This document shows, in pieces, positions 43,929 to 61,104 of a stretch of DNA of 64,000 nucleotides (the stretch's first letter is position 1; every line of letters starts with the position of its first letter). Under the pieces are notes generated by a model. The model was not told where the DNA came from. It was given only the letters and a program-made list of their open reading frames with translations, and made no database searches. The DNA is from the human T2T-CHM13v2.0 reference genome, Homo sapiens. The stretch is taken from assembly GCF_009914755.1 (NCBI RefSeq), contig NC_060933.1; one strand, 5' to 3'. The position numbers and the translations under genes were made by a program.

Positions 43929-43950
43929 TATATATATATATATATATATA
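43929..43950. repeat. (TA)11 microsatellite
   Basis: Perfect run. Confidence 0.95.
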
Positions 43951-44879
43951 TTCAGCCTTTCAAAAGAAGAAAATTCTGTCAATACAGATAAACCTGGAGG
44001 ATATTAATGTTAAGTGAAAAATACCAGGCACAGAAAAACAAATACTGCATGATTGCACTTACAGGTGGAATCTAAAAAAGTCAATGTCATAGAAGCAGAG
44101 TTCAGAATATGGTTGCCAGGGGCTGGGCAATGGGGAAGTGAGAATGGGGAGATATTGGTTAGAGAGTATAAATTTTTGCTTATGATGAATAAGTTCTAGA
44201 TATCTGTTGTACAGCATGATGGCTATAATTAATAATAACATTGTGTAGTTGAAAATTGCTAAGACAGCACATCTTAAATATTTTCACCACAAAAAGTTAA
44301 GTATGTGAAGTGATGAATATAATGCTTGATGTGATTTAATCATTTCATAATGTATACACATATCAAAACATCACATTTGGCTTCTTGTGGCCAAGATGGC
44401 CAACTAGAAGCAGCTAGTGTGTGGGGCTCACAGGAACAAAAGGGGAGAGTAAATACAGCATATTCAACTGAAACATCCAGGTACTGTCATTGAGACTAAT
44501 CAAGGAAACAACTTGGCCTACAGAGAATGAAGAAGATCAAGACAGAACAACAGCCCACCCGGTAACAACAGAGAGCCAGGGGAACATCCCCTACCCAGGG
44601 AAGTGGTGAGTGAATGTGCAACCCCAGGAAACCGTGCTTCTCCCACAGATCTTTGCAATCCTGAGGTTAGGAGATCTCCTTGTGAACCTGCTTTACCAGG
44701 GCCTTCAGTCTGACAGACAGAGCTGTGTGAAGTCTCAGCAGATCAGCTGCTCAGGAATGCGTGGAGACCCTGGAGCCTTAGATACTCAGGCTTTCCAGCC
44801 TGCAGGCCCCACTTCTGCAGCACCTCACAAGATAAGACCCACTAGCTTGGAATTCCAGCCAGCCACCAGTAGCAGCATT

Positions 44880-45960
44880 GCACCTCCCTAAGACGGAGCT
44901 CCCTATGGGAGGGACAGGCCAACATGTTTGCTCTTTGGGCACCTCAGCCATTCCAGCCTTTAGTCTTTGAGAGTCTGAGCTGACCAGGGGTGGAAGGGAT
45001 TCTTCAGCATAAAACAGCTGCTGCACCAAAACGTGGCCAGACTACTGCTTTAATTGGGTGCCAAATCCCATTCCTCCTCCTTACTGAGAAGGACATCTCA
45101 ACCAGGTACTGTAGCTACCCACCTCTCATGTTCTCCAGCCAACAGATTTGGATTCTCCCTGGGACAGCACCCTCAGAGGGAGGGGTGGACTATCATCTTT
45201 GCTATTGGGCCAACTTAGCCAATCTAGCCTTCAGACTTTGGAGAGTCTGAGCTAACCAGGGATGGAAGGGATCTCCCATCACAGCACAGCTGCCCTACCA
45301 AAACGTGGCCAGACTGCTCCTTTAAGTGGGTTTCTGATTCCACCCCTCCTCACTGGGTGGGAGCTCCCATCCAGGGCCCTCAGCCACCACTGTCAGTGTT
45401 TTCTGGCCAACAGAGAATTATAACCTCCCTGGGATGGAGATCCCAGAGGGAGGGGTGAGCCGCCATCTTTGCTGTTTGGGTGATTTCGCCATTCCAGCCT
45501 TTGGGCTTCAGAGTGTCTGAGGTGACTGGGGGCTGAAATGGATCCCCAGCACAGCACAGTCACTCTACCAAAATGTGGCCAGAGTGCTTTTTTAAGTGGG
45601 GCCCCAATCCCATTCTGCCTTACTGGGTGGGAACCTCCCAACTGATGTCTCCTACAGGTGTCTTTGGGTCAGCAACAGGCTCATGCCTCTCTAGAACAGG
45701 CCTACCAGAGGGAGGGACAGGCTGCTATTTTTGCTGTTTCATAGCCTTCACTGGTGATACCTACATGTACTGGAAAATCCAAGGTGAGTAGGAACTGGCA
45801 TGGGCCCCAAGCATACCACAGCAGCCCTGTGGAAAAGAATCCAGACTGCTACATGGGTGCCAATGCCCATATCTCCTCGCAGGCAGGTCCTTCAGACCTG
45901 GGCCTCCAGCCACACAACATCAGAGCTATTGCACCAGTAGCAACTTGGCAACTCCCTGGA
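44880..45960 (+). repeat. About 270-bp tandem monomers in the old L1 5'UTR (3 clear + 1 degenerate)
   Basis: ccaaaa(c/t)gtggccaga at 45026, 45298 and 45568; gggaggg anchors near 44907, 45178, 45447 and 45710. Confidence 0.85.
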
Positions 45961-48900
45961 CAGAGCCTCCAGGTCAACTGAAAGCCTCTTTGCCACTGCC
46001 TCTGCAGTGGAACTGCCTTTGCCACCCTCGGACTAATGAAAGAGCAAAGACACTAAGTGCCTTATCCATACCTCCAACATCCCTCCCACATCCCCCCTAA
46101 AACTGCTTGTCACAAGAAAGGGAACCCCTGGCTTAGGCCCACAGCACAAACCCTCCATTGTGGGCTGATTACACTGAGTGATTGCTGACTGACCTGCATC
46201 TCTCTGGGGTGAAGCCTCCAGAAGATAAGCAAATGACCCTCAAAAACAGCCACTACTGAGTTCTTTTCCTCTGCTGCCTTCAAGTTGGGGAACAAACATA
46301 AAGACTAAAATCACCCCAGAGTTGCTGGGAGCAGCCTAGGAGTGCCACGTCACAGTCTACAACCAGCACTCATGGGGGAGAGGAGCCCACACTTTCAGAG
46401 CACAAGGAGGGAACATAGCTGCAACTGTGAGGAAATATAGGGGAGCCACACACCGAGCAAGAGTCTACATACTGACCAATAAGCTTGCCACCTGCTGGAT
46501 CACACCCCAAAGCTTCAACACCAAAAATGCCTCACTAACATACCCCCTTCTGAAACCAGAGACAAGAAGGCAGCATCAAATAAAGACCCTGCGAAAAAGA
46601 CTCAGCCCAGTGAAAACATCCAGAAAAGAAGTCTATTGACTATACTCAATCTATACTGCAGTTAAAGAAACACCCATACTCAGAAATTAGAAAAAAACAG
46701 TGCAAGAAATCTGGCAACTCAAATGGCCAGAGTATTATATGTCCTCCAAATGACCACACCAGTTCTCCAACAAGAGTTCTTAATAAGGCTGAACTGGCTG
46801 GAATGACAGAAATAGAATTCAGAATATGGATAGGAACAAAGATCATTGAGATTTAGGAGGATGGCAATACCCAATCCAAGGAAAATAAGAATAACAATAA
46901 AGTGATACAGGAGCTGAGGGATAAAATAACCAATATAAAAAAGAACCTAGTGGGTCTGACAGAGCTGAATAACAAAATACAGGAATTTCACAATGCAATC
47001 ACAAGTATTATTAAATAACAGCAAAATAAACCAAGCTGAGGAAAGAATCTCAGAACTTGAAGACTGGCCCTCTGAAATAAGATGGTCAGACAAAATGAAA
47101 ATAAAAAGAATAAAAAGGAATGAACAAAATCTCTGAAAAGTATGGGATTATGTAAAGAGGCCAAATCTATACATCATTGGCATCCCTGAAAGGGGGAGGG
47201 AGAAAGTAAACAACTTGGAAAACATATTTCAGGATATCTCCCATGAAAACTTCCCCAACCTTGCTAGAGAGGCCAACAGTCAAATTCAGGAAGTACAGAG
47301 AATTCCTGCAAGATTCTCCACAAGAAGATCATCCTCAAGTCACATAATTGTCAAGTTTTCCAAGGTCAAGGTGAAGGAAAGAATGTTAAAGGCAGCTAGA
47401 TAGAAAGCTCAGGTCACCTACAAATGAAAACTCATTAGGCTAATAGAGCACTTCTCAGCTGAAATCTTACAAGCCAGAAGAAATTTGAGGCCTATATTCA
47501 ACATTCTTAAAGAAAGAAATCTTCAACTAAGAATTTCATATCCAGGCAAACTAAACTTCCTAAGTGACGGAGAAATAGAATCTTTTTATATAAGCAAATG
47601 TTGAGGAAATTCATTATCACTAGACCTGCCTTACAGGAGATCTTAAAAAGAGCACTAAATAAAAAAAGGAAAGATTGGAAACAGCTAACACAAAAACACA
47701 CTTAAATGTGCAGACTAGTGTCATGGTAAAGCAACTACACAAACCAACAGAATAGCCAGCTAACAGCACAATGACAAGATCAAATCCACCCATATCAATA
47801 AAACCATTAATGTAAACAAGATAAATGCCTCACTTAAAAGACAGAGTGGCAAGCTGGATAAAAAAGCAAGACTCAATGGTATGCTGTCTTCAAGAGACTC
47901 ATCTCACACATAATGACACTCATAGGCTCAAAATAAAAGGATGGAGAAAAATCTATCAAGCAAATAGAAAACAGAAAAAAGTAGGGGTTGCAATCCTAAT
48001 TTTAGACAAAACAGGTTTTAAATGAACGAAGATCAAAAAAGAAAAAGAAGGGCGTTAAATAATAGTAAAGCATTCAATTCAACAAGAAGACCTAACTATC
48101 CTAAATATATACGCACCCAGTATAGGAGAACCTAAATTTAGAAATCAAGTTCTCAGAGACCTACAAAGAGTCGTAGACTACCACACAAAAATAGTGGGGG
48201 ACTTCAACACTCCACTGAGAATATCAGACACACCATCAAGGCAGAAAATTAACAAAGGTATTCAGGACCTAAACTCAACAGTGAGCCAAATGGATCTGAG
48301 AGACCTTTACAAAACTCTTTACCCAAAAACAAAAGAATATACATTCTTCTTTTCACTGCATGTCATGTATTCATTCTAAAGTTGACCATATCATTGGACA
48401 TAAAACAATCCTCCACAAATGTGAAAGAATGAAAATCATACCAAATACACCTTAGGACCACAGTGCAATAAAAACAGAATTCAAGACAATGAAAACAGCT
48501 CAAAACCATGGAATTACATGGAAATTAAACAGTATGTTCCTGAATGACTTTTAGGTAAATAATGAAATTAAGGCAGAAATCAAGAAGTTCTTTGAAAATA
48601 GTAAGAACAAAGATAAAACACACCAGAAACCCTGGGACACAGCTAAGGAAATGTTAAGCAGGAAATTTATAGCACTAAATGCCCACATAAGAAAAGTTAG
48701 AGAGATCTCAAATTAGCAACCCAACTTCACAACTGAAAGAATTAGAGAAGCAAGAACAAATTAACTCCAAAGCTAGTAGAAGATGAGAAATAACAATAAT
48801 CAGAGCTTAACTGAAGAAAATTAAGACTCAAAAAACCATGCAAATAATCAACAAATCCAGGAGTTTGTATTTTGAAAAAATTAATAAAATGCACAGGCCA

Positions 48901-49080
48901 CTAGCTAGACTAAGAAAGAGGAAAAGAGAGATGATTCAAATAAACACAATTAGAAATGACAAAGGGACTGTAACTACTGAACCCACAGAAATAAAAACAA
49001 CCATTAAAAACTATTACAAACACCTCTACACACACAAACTAGAAAACCTAGAAGAAATTGATAGATTCCTGGACACATAA

Positions 49081-51864
<2,784 letters not shown>

Positions 51865-54029
51865 AAACACTGGCACAGACAAGGATGCTCTCTCACCACT
51901 TCTATTCAACATAGTATTGGAAGTCCTAGCCAGAGCAATCAGGTAAGAAAAAGAAATAAAGGGCATCCATTTAGGAAGAGAGGAAGTAAAACTATCTCTA
52001 TTTGCAGATAACATGATTCTACATCTAGAAAAACCCATTGTCTTAGCCCCAAAGCTCCTCCAGCTGATAAACAACTTCAGCAAACTTCAGCAAAGTTGAG
52101 TATACAAAATCAACATACAAAAATCACTAGCATTTATATACACCAATAACAGCCATACCTAGGAATACAGCTAACCAGGGAGGTGAAAGATCTTTACAAT
52201 GATAACTACAAAACATTACTTAAAGAAATCAGAGAAGACACAAACAAATGGAAAAACATCCCATAGTCATGGATAGGAAGAAATAATATCATTAAAATAG
52301 CTATACTGTCCAAAGCAATTTACAGATTCAATGTGATGCCTATCAAACTACCAAGGACATTTTTCACAGAACTATCAAAAAATATTTTAAAATTTGTATG
52401 GAGCCAAAAAAGAGCCTGAATAGCCAAGGCAATCCTAAGCAAAAAGAACAAAGCTGAAGGCATCATGTTACCTGACTTACAGCTTTACTACAAGGCTACA
52501 GTAACCAACACAGCATGGTGCTAGTATATAAACAGGCACATAGACCAATGAAACAGAATGGAGAGCCCAGGAATAAGGCTGCACATCTACAAGTATCTGA
52601 TCTTCAACAAAGCTGACAACAATACAAGCAATGAGAACAGACTCTCTGTTTAATGAATGGTGCTGGGAGAACTGGCTAGCCATACACAGAAGATTGAAGC
52701 TGGACCCCTTCCTTACACCGTATACAAAAATCAACTCAACATGGATTAAAGACTTAAATGTAAAACCCAAAACTATAAAAACCCTGAAAGACAACCTGGG
52801 CAACATTATCCTGGACATAGGAACAGGCAAAGATTTCATGACAAAGATGCAAAAAGCAATTGCAACAAAAGCAAAAATTAACAAGTGGGATCTAATTAAA
52901 CTTAAGAGTTTCTGCACAGCAAAAGACACTATCAACAAAGTAAACAGACAGTCTACAGAATGGGAGAAAATATTTGCAAACTACCCATCTGACATAGGTC
53001 TAATATCCAGCATCTATAAGGAACTTAAATTCACAAGAGAAAAACAACCCCATTAGAAAGTGGGCAAAGAACATGAACAGCCACTTCTCAAAAGAAGACA
53101 TACATGTGGCCAGCAAGCATATAATAAGCTCAGTATCACTGGCCATTAGAAAAATCCAAATCAAAAAGCCAGTGAGATACCATCTTATGCCAGTCTGAAT
53201 GGCTATTACTAAAAAGTCAAAAAACAACAGATGCTGGTGGAGTGGTGGAGCAAAAGGAACACTTATACACTGTTGATGGAAGTGTAAGTTAGTTCAACCA
53301 TTGTGGAAAGCACTACCATTCGACCTAGCAATCCCATTACTGGGTATATACCCAGAGGAATATAAATCATTCTACCATAAAGGCCTGCATGCCAATGTTC
53401 ATTGCAGCACTATTTACAATAGCAAAAACATGGAATCTACCTAAATGCCCATCGATGACTGACTGGATGAAGAAAATGTGGTACATATACACCACGAAAT
53501 ACTATGCAGCCATAAAAAGAATAAGATCATATCTTTTGCCGGAACACAGATGGAGCTAGAATGTATCATTCTTAGCAAACTAATGCCGGAACAGAAAACC
53601 AAATACCATGTGTTCTCACCTATAAATTGGAGCTAAATGATAAGAACTTACGAACACAAAGAAAGAAACAACAGACACTAGGGTCTACTTGAGGTGGTAG
53701 GGCGGGAGGAGGGAGAGGAGCAGAAAAGACGTTTATTGGGCACCGGGCTTAATACCTGGGTGAAGAAATAATATGTACAAAAAAACCCATGACACGTGTT
53801 TACCTGTGTAACATACCTTCACATGTACCCCCAAACCTAAAATAAAAGTTTTTTGAAAAACTTTAAAAACAAACAAAAAATACCACCTTGTACACTGTAA
53901 ATATATATAATTTTAGTTGTCAATTGTATCTTAATAAAACTGAAAAAAATGCAAGGGATACCATACACCATGACTCTTCAAGACTATGTAAAGATTCACT
54001 CCTCTGAGCTCTCATAATATCCAAACTGT

Positions 54030-54185
54030 CATCTGTCATTAAATTTACTATTTACCTTATTGCTTTGTCTGCCACGGTAACATAAATATCTTCACAGGGA
54101 ATGTGTGATATGAATGTTGTACTCCAAAACCTAGTACAAAGTTTGGTACATAGTAGGCACAAGAAAATGTTGGTTGAAATAATGC
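54030..54185 (+). mobile_element. L2 3' terminus
   Basis: cctagtacaaagtttggtacatagtaggcacaagaaaatgttggttgaa. Confidence 0.7.
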
Positions 54186-54779
54186 ATGATTCTTTGTAAA
54201 ATTTGTTTTCAGTGCTCACATTTGACTAACTTTGTACACTGCCTTTCTAATATAACAAGTGTTATTCCCAAACAGGAACCCAATGATTCCAGAGACAAAT
54301 CACCTAATATGAATAGCAGCAAATATAAAGCACTTGTCAGTAAATCCCATAGTCCCATCCTGGTTGTTTTTCTTTCAGAAATGATTTTCTGACACAAAAT
54401 AATCAACACCTAGTTTGCAGCTTCTTGCAGTCTAGAAGCAAATGATTCATGCTTCTTGTTATTGTATTAGTGCATGGGAAAAGCAATAAAAAATCCAAGA
54501 AGCCATAATATATTCACAACATCATAACTTTCTCTCATTACCCAGAAGTAAATGGATCATTGCTCCTGATATGTATTGATTCACACTGACAGCATTGGAA
54601 TTTACATTCACTGTCACTCATAGTCCTTAGGTCACATAACTGTCATAATCACCTTAGTGCATTTACCTATGGAACCACACTAGACTTTGTGCAAATGCTG
54701 AACACTTTGCATCATGGTGATCGTACACTTGCTTGGTCCAAGGTGTTGAGGATGGAAAGAGTCAAGACTCTTGTCTAAA

Positions 54780-54915
54780 GCTAGCAATTTTCCACACACT
54801 GTGCTAAGCATATTGCAATCACTATGTCATTTAATCTTCATTGAAAAAACCTGTGAAAAAATTGGTATTATTGCCATCATTTTATAGATAAGAAACACAG
54901 GCTCTGCATGGTTGA
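54780..54915 (-). mobile_element. MIR
   Basis: cactgtgctaagca...tcatttaatcttca...cattttatagataagaaacacaggct. Confidence 0.8.
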
Positions 54916-55339
54916 TTCTAAACACCACTGCTATGAGGCATTAGATAGAAATGTCCTTCAGCACCTGCCTGGGTCTCGCACTCAGCTGCCCCTGCTGGTG
55001 CCTTGGAGGCCATTCCTAACCCTCTGCCACCTGCTAATCCCTCTGCAGAGCTCCCCAGTGTCGCTGCTATGCTACTAGAGATGCTACACATGCATAAATA
55101 TAAAACCACCTCCTGACTTAAGGCATTACTCCTGAGGTAGGGGCCACAGAAGGAGCTAAAACTTAGCCTTCTCTCCCTTTTCTGTGGAAGATACTGAAAT
55201 TATGATTATTATTATTTGAATGTATTATTATCTGAAATAAATAATACAAATTATTTATTATTGAATAATAAAACAAATTATTCTCTGACTTTTTTAGCCA
55301 TTTTTATTCCTCATTTCTTTTCCAGTCTTGCTTCCAAGA

Positions 55340-55900
55340 TTTGTCTGCACTCAGTATCCCCACATCTGCAACCCACATTCATCTTGAAAATCGCAGAAGA
55401 CTGCTTCTGCCACACCCTGTCCTGACTCTGCTCTTCAGGTCTCCAATCATCATGTTGTAGCTAAATAAAAAAGGACTTCTTCTAGGTCCTTATTTTTCTT
55501 GCATCCTGTGCAGCGTTGGCACTACTAACCCCTTTTTTTCAATTGAAGCACTGTCTTCCCCTGGCTCCTCATCCATTCTCAGGCTGCTGCCAATGTGTTT
55601 TTTGGTCTTGCCATTTGCCATGGGAACTGTACAGTTTAGCATTTTGAACATGATGTGCTATTATGTCCTGCCCATCCTCCAGCCTCTTCTCCCAAGTCTC
55701 TGTGAGGCTGACTGTCTTCCTACTCTTCAGCCTCTGGACATTCATTTTCCCTGGAACATTTATTTAGTCTGCCTTTACCCAATTCTCTCACTCATCTCTG
55801 AATGTTCTTCTCAGCTGTTACATGCCTGGCATTTCCTCTCTTCTCTGTAATTGCTCAACAGCGAGTTATCTTCCCCAAGGAACCTTTTCCTAGTAACTGA
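55340..55900 (+). mobile_element. L2 fragments
   Basis: ctgcttctgccacacc...tgactctgctctt...ttgaagcactgtcttcccctggct. Confidence 0.55.
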
Positions 55901-56494
55901 TGAGAGGTGAATTTTTATGATGCCTTCAGTATTTGCCATTTATGAATCTTCTCTACTTAACTTATCTACTTAGTATATGTTCACTCTTTGGCTTATACTG
56001 GTTATTATCCTAATATTATGCCGTGTGTACCTGTGTTATGTGCTGTCTGGGTTAGGCCATGTACATAGTGGCTTTCAGAATTTGGTGTGGCTTAAGGATT
56101 TAGTAAAGATGTGTCAGTTAGAAATTAGAGGTATTTTATGATAATAATGGTAGTGATTTATTGTGAGTAACAAGTATTCTACTCAGTTGACAAGAAGGCT
56201 GTTTATATAAAATTCTCATATGAATATGAGCCCAATTTTTGAGGCATGGTCATGGTAAAAATAAAGATGCTTTTACTTAAAGTGGAATAGGGACATTGAT
56301 ATAATTTTACAACTTCCTTTCCTAATTCAGTAGCAGGGGTTCCATGATGAAAATAGCAGAGTGGGCCCATAGTTGCTAGCCTTAGAAGCACTCATGAAGA
56401 AAATTTTACATTTCTTACTTCTTAATGTGCTCTCTCACTCTCTCTCTCTCTAGTTCTTTTTGAGTTTTAAATTTTATTTATTTCCTTTTAAAAA

Positions 56495-56634
56495 TTTTTT
56501 TATTTTATTATTATTATACTTTAAGTTTTAGGGTACATGTGCACAATGTGCAGGTTAGTTACATGTGTATACATGTGCCATGCTGGTGTGCTGCACCCAT
56601 TAACTCGTCATTTAGCATTAGGTATATCTCCTAA
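56495..56634 (-). mobile_element. Very short L1PA3-type 3'-end insertion
   Basis: Near-identical to 17690-17819 (ttttagggtacatgtgcacaatgtgcaggttagttac). Confidence 0.92.
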
Positions 56635-56648
56635 AGTTTTTAAGTGAT

Positions 56649-56945
56649 GGCCAGGCACAGTGGCTATAATCCCAGCACTTTGGGAGGCTAAGGCAGGCAG
56701 ATCACTTGAGGTCAGGTGTTCGAGACCAGCCTGGCCAATATGGTGAAACCCAGTCTCTACTAAAAATATAAAAAATTAGCTGGGTGTGGTGGTGCATGCC
56801 TGTAGTTCCAGCTACTAGAGAGGCTCAGGTGGGAGAATCACTTGAACTTGGGAGGCGGAGGTTACAGCGAGCCAAGATCATTCCACCGCACTCCAGCCTG
56901 GGCTCAAATAATAATAATAATAATAGTAGTAGTAATAACATATAA
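56649..56945 (+). mobile_element. AluS with two small deletions and an (AAT)n(AGT)n tail
   Basis: TSD ttttaagtgat on both sides. Confidence 0.92.
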
Positions 56946-56959
56946 TTTTAAGTGATACT

Positions 56960-57140
56960 ACTTTTTCCTTTGTTATAGTCCTGTAGCTCAGAATTTTAAA
57001 AAATACAAAAGAGAGCACAGTGAAAAGTCTCCCTCCCCCTCCAGCCCAAAGCCACTGTCACTTACTCCCCCTCTTCAGAGACAACCAATCTTCCTAATTT
57101 CTAGGTGTCTTCCTAGATATTTTATGCACATGCAAATGAT
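56960..57140 (-). mobile_element. L1ME 3'-end remnant
   Basis: aaatacaaaagagagcacagtgaaaagtctccctccc...cagagacaacca...agatattttatgcaca. Confidence 0.6.
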
Positions 57141-57595
57141 TGAACTCTCTAAGGTCTTTACAGAAGCCAGGATCTCTTTGGAAGCCACTAATCAATTTTC
57201 TCTTTATATATTTATGTGTTCTTTGTTCTTCTTAACCTCTCCCTCCCACTACTGCCAGAGGCACACATGGAGTCATACTGCAGCTCTTCAGGAACTCCTA
57301 TGAGGCTCTGCCTCTTAAACATCTCTTCTACACCTACTTGCTCAGCTTTGGTGACTTCAATTTTCCTTCTTCTGAGACTAACCCCTTTGGAGTATTCTTT
57401 CTTTGGATTTGGGGGTTGGCTCTTGATTTTGCCCTTGGTCCCTAGTTGCCTTTTGCATCTCTCTTGGCTCCAGGCTCTGTAGATAACAGGCAGCCCTGAC
57501 CCTCCTCCATGCCCAGCTCTGATCCTGAATCTCCTTTCTGCATCCAGCACCCTACATAATCACTTCACCAAGAAAAGACTTCAGGCCTTAAATGC

Positions 57596-57976
57596 TGTTA
57601 TGAACTGAATCATGTCCTCTCCATATTGCATATGTTAAAGCTCTAATTTCTGGTATGATGATATTTGAAGATAGGACCTTTGAGAGAAAATTTGGGTTAG
57701 ATTAGGTCATGCGGGGTGAAGCTCTCATGATAAAATTAGTGGCTTTATTAGAAGAAGAAGGAAAAGAAATCTCCTTTTAAGAGATCACATGCTGAGGAAA
57801 GATCATATGAAGATATAGCAAGAGTGGCTTCTGCAAGCCAGGAGGAGAACCCTCACCAGGAACTGAAGCTGCTGGAACCTTGATCTTGGACTTCCAGCCC
57901 CAGAACTTTGAGAAGTAAATATATATTGTTGAGGCCACCAATCTATGGTATTTTGTTATGGCAGCCAAGCAGAACA
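57596..57976 (+). mobile_element. MLT1A-type solo LTR
   Basis: tgttatgaactgaat...accttgatcttggacttccagcc...atggtattttgttatggcagcc; TSD AATGC at 57591-57595 and 57977-57981. Confidence 0.88.
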
Positions 57977-59669
57977 AATGCCAAGGTCAGCTGGTCTTGA
58001 AAATACCATCAAGCATACCACCTTTCTTTCTTCCCTTTTGGAAAACATGGGCTTCCTCCTCCTCCCATCCCATGCCCTTGGATATCCTGTTTCCTTTTAT
58101 TTTCTTACTTGTTTATGCCTAGTCATCATCAGAAATTTCAACCCAGCTGAGCTAATGAATTGATGCTCCTTTTGCATGTACAGAGCTAATGAGGCACAGG
58201 CAACAGGTAGAAACATGTTAGTTTCTTTCCTCTGTGCAAAGAAGCCTCTATATTCTTATCCAATTATTGACTAGCAAACCCCTGTTACCTCTATCAGAAA
58301 CAGAAGCTTCCCTGGTCACATAAACAGTGTGACATGTCAGCAGCACTGAGCTATGTCTCAAGATTCTTTTCCTGCCAGCATGTAGGAGAAGATACCCCAA
58401 AGACCATGCTACTCCAAATAGCTGATGAAATGTGCAGTGCTGCACTAGCAGAAATCTGATTTTGTGAAGAATAAACTCTGGTTGTATGCTTTCAGGTTGA
58501 ACTCTTTTGTGTCAACTAAAAGAACATATGAACATAGCAGGGCTGTCAAGATAAGGCCACAAGCTTGCCGAGTTGGGGACCTTTGAAATACAAGTAAGTT
58601 GGTGATAGTAAATCAGTGCTTTCCAGGCAAATAATAATTTTAAGTAAGTAGTAGGAAAGTGAAACTGCTTATGTCTTCCATGCAGTGAATTAAGCTGACT
58701 ACTGTTAAAATACTCTTGTAATACAGTCATACATTATTGGCTATTTCTCACTATAAAAATGATAATTCATTTTGATATATCATTATTAAAATGCGTCTCT
58801 TTTGTTTTTCTGTTTGTTACAATGGATGCATGGTTGCTTTGAATTTTCCAGTTCTTACTGCCATAGAACATGAAGATGCCTGGGAATTACAATATCCAAC
58901 CATTTAATTATGTGATGTCATAAGAAAATGGCTTTATTTTTATTTGTAGGACTGTGGAATCAGCCTTGTATTTATGGGTTTTTAAATCTAAAGGCTTATT
59001 AGAAAGCTAACAATGGACCAGTTAACTTACTCATTATCAGTTGCACATGATAGCTATACTGAGTGACTTTGAAGAAAGCTTGTGTTTTCAACAGAATACA
59101 TTCTACTGTAAAAATTATGTCTGTAAATGACACTTGCCAAGATAATTGCTAATTGTAACTCATCAAAATATGTGTCTGGTTCAAGAGCAACATGTTTATT
59201 ACTCCGTATATATTTATTATTTCTGTTGAAGCCATCCTAGAGGGGCCCTCAACATTATTGCTTCTGCGTACAATAGAACTTGACATGTAAAATTAATCCC
59301 TTAAAGATATATATAAATGAATAACTAAAGCTGCATATAGGTGGATTGGGACTGGTGATTGAAATGTATGTGTTATAATTTAGTTAAGATTTAGTCACTA
59401 TCTTAAGGATAACGTGTTTGGCTGTGAGTAAAACAAGGTAGTGTGAAATAAAACAGTAGGTCAGACTTGTTTCCTCCTTTCTTTCTACCCTTTCTCACAT
59501 TTGTCTCATCTTATATTTAACTAATTTTCCAGAACAAATATAAAGGATATGAATGACTCTAACTCTGAAGAGAGAGAAAAGCCAGAGCAATGATTACACC
59601 TGCCCTTCTCACTTTTAGCTCTTAGCACATTTATCTTGTATTGGACACATTTTCAAAAACTTATATGTT

Positions 59670-59959
59670 GGGCTCATGCCTGTAATCCCAGCACATTGGA
59701 AGGCCAAGGTGGACAGAATTGCTTTAGCTCAAGAATTTGAAACTAGCTTGGGCAGCATGGTGAAATCCCATCTCTATAAAAAAATTTTGAAAATTAGCTG
59801 AGCATGGTGGTATGCACCTATAGTCACAGCTACTGGGGAGACTGAGGTGGGAGGATCGCTTGAGCCTGAGAGGTCGAGGCTGCAGTGAGCCATGATCACA
59901 CCACTGCACTGCAGCCTGAGTGATGTGAGTGAGACCCTGTCTCAAAAAAATTTTAAAAA
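59670..59959 (+). mobile_element. AluJ, slightly 5'-truncated
   Basis: ggaggatcgcttgagcctgagaggtcgaggctgcagtgagcc. Confidence 0.92.
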
Positions 59960-61104
59960 GCACATGTTCACCATTATCAAAGTAAAATTAAAGGTCAAAG
60001 TTAGGTACTTATTTGTTTACCTAGTACCCACTAATAAAAACCAATAATAAAAGTGTAAACTAAATTGGGCCATGAACCATCAGATCCTTTTGGACTTCAT
60101 TGGGGAAAACACCAGGATCAGATCCAGTGATAGTTTAGGTGTGAATGTAGCTAACTCCTCCAAATTTGAAAATTAAGGTAGTAAGATTCTTTTTACTGGT
60201 TAGTATCAAAATTAATTGCTATAAAATGTTCAGCCATGATCAAGGTTTGTATAACAATAAAATATACAAATATTTTGGTGATTCTATCAACTTCCTGACA
60301 CATATAATCAAATATTGTCTATGTTATATTATTGCCTGAAAAAGTGTAAACAAAGGTCTGCTTCCTAAGAGTTTGGTCATAGTTACTTTAAATCATGAGC
60401 TGGATATTAGTGAGACATAATAATCTTAATCAGCAAATATCTACTGGGTACCTTCAATGTGCAAGTCACTCTAGTAGACATTAGAGGGGAAAGGCACATG
60501 AAGCACCACTTGCACTAAAAGGTTTGATATCCAGATGGAGATATCACATGTGATGTGCCCATTGCTTCTGATAACTCACAATATCCTCAAAGTAGAGATC
60601 AACCAAAAACAGAAAAAACTATTTGCTGAATCATTCTGAGAGCCCAATTGAGGTGGAAAACCTGAAAGTGATACAATGGCATTCTATTTTGTAATTTTAT
60701 TCAAAATTACTTAGCAGTCCAAGTATCACTGTATAGAAAGATTAGGAAAAAAGGGAAAGGTCAAAGGACCAGATATGTAGGAATATACACATATATTTTT
60801 TCCAATGGGTATGTGTACATATATACAGACATAGATATACATATATATACACACATATACATATCATAGTGAAAGTAAAGGAATAACAGACCTATAGATT
60901 ATATAAAGTATCTTAATTTCTTCATTTATCCATAAAAAAAGAAAAATGAATTTGCTACATAACTAGCCAGATTTTATAAAGATATCTTTATCACTAACTT
61001 TTTAAAATTTCTATAGGTATAAAAACATAATAATCCCCTACTAAAGAACCAGGTAATTTTGGAAAGAATGTGGAAATAAGGGTTTTTCTCCTTTCCTCTC
61101 TCAT

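Noticed and set aside
44880-45960. Regularly spaced repeats as a CRISPR-like array
   Set aside because: Whole 270-bp units are homologous (no unique spacers), the context is a eukaryotic L1 5'UTR, and no cas genes are present
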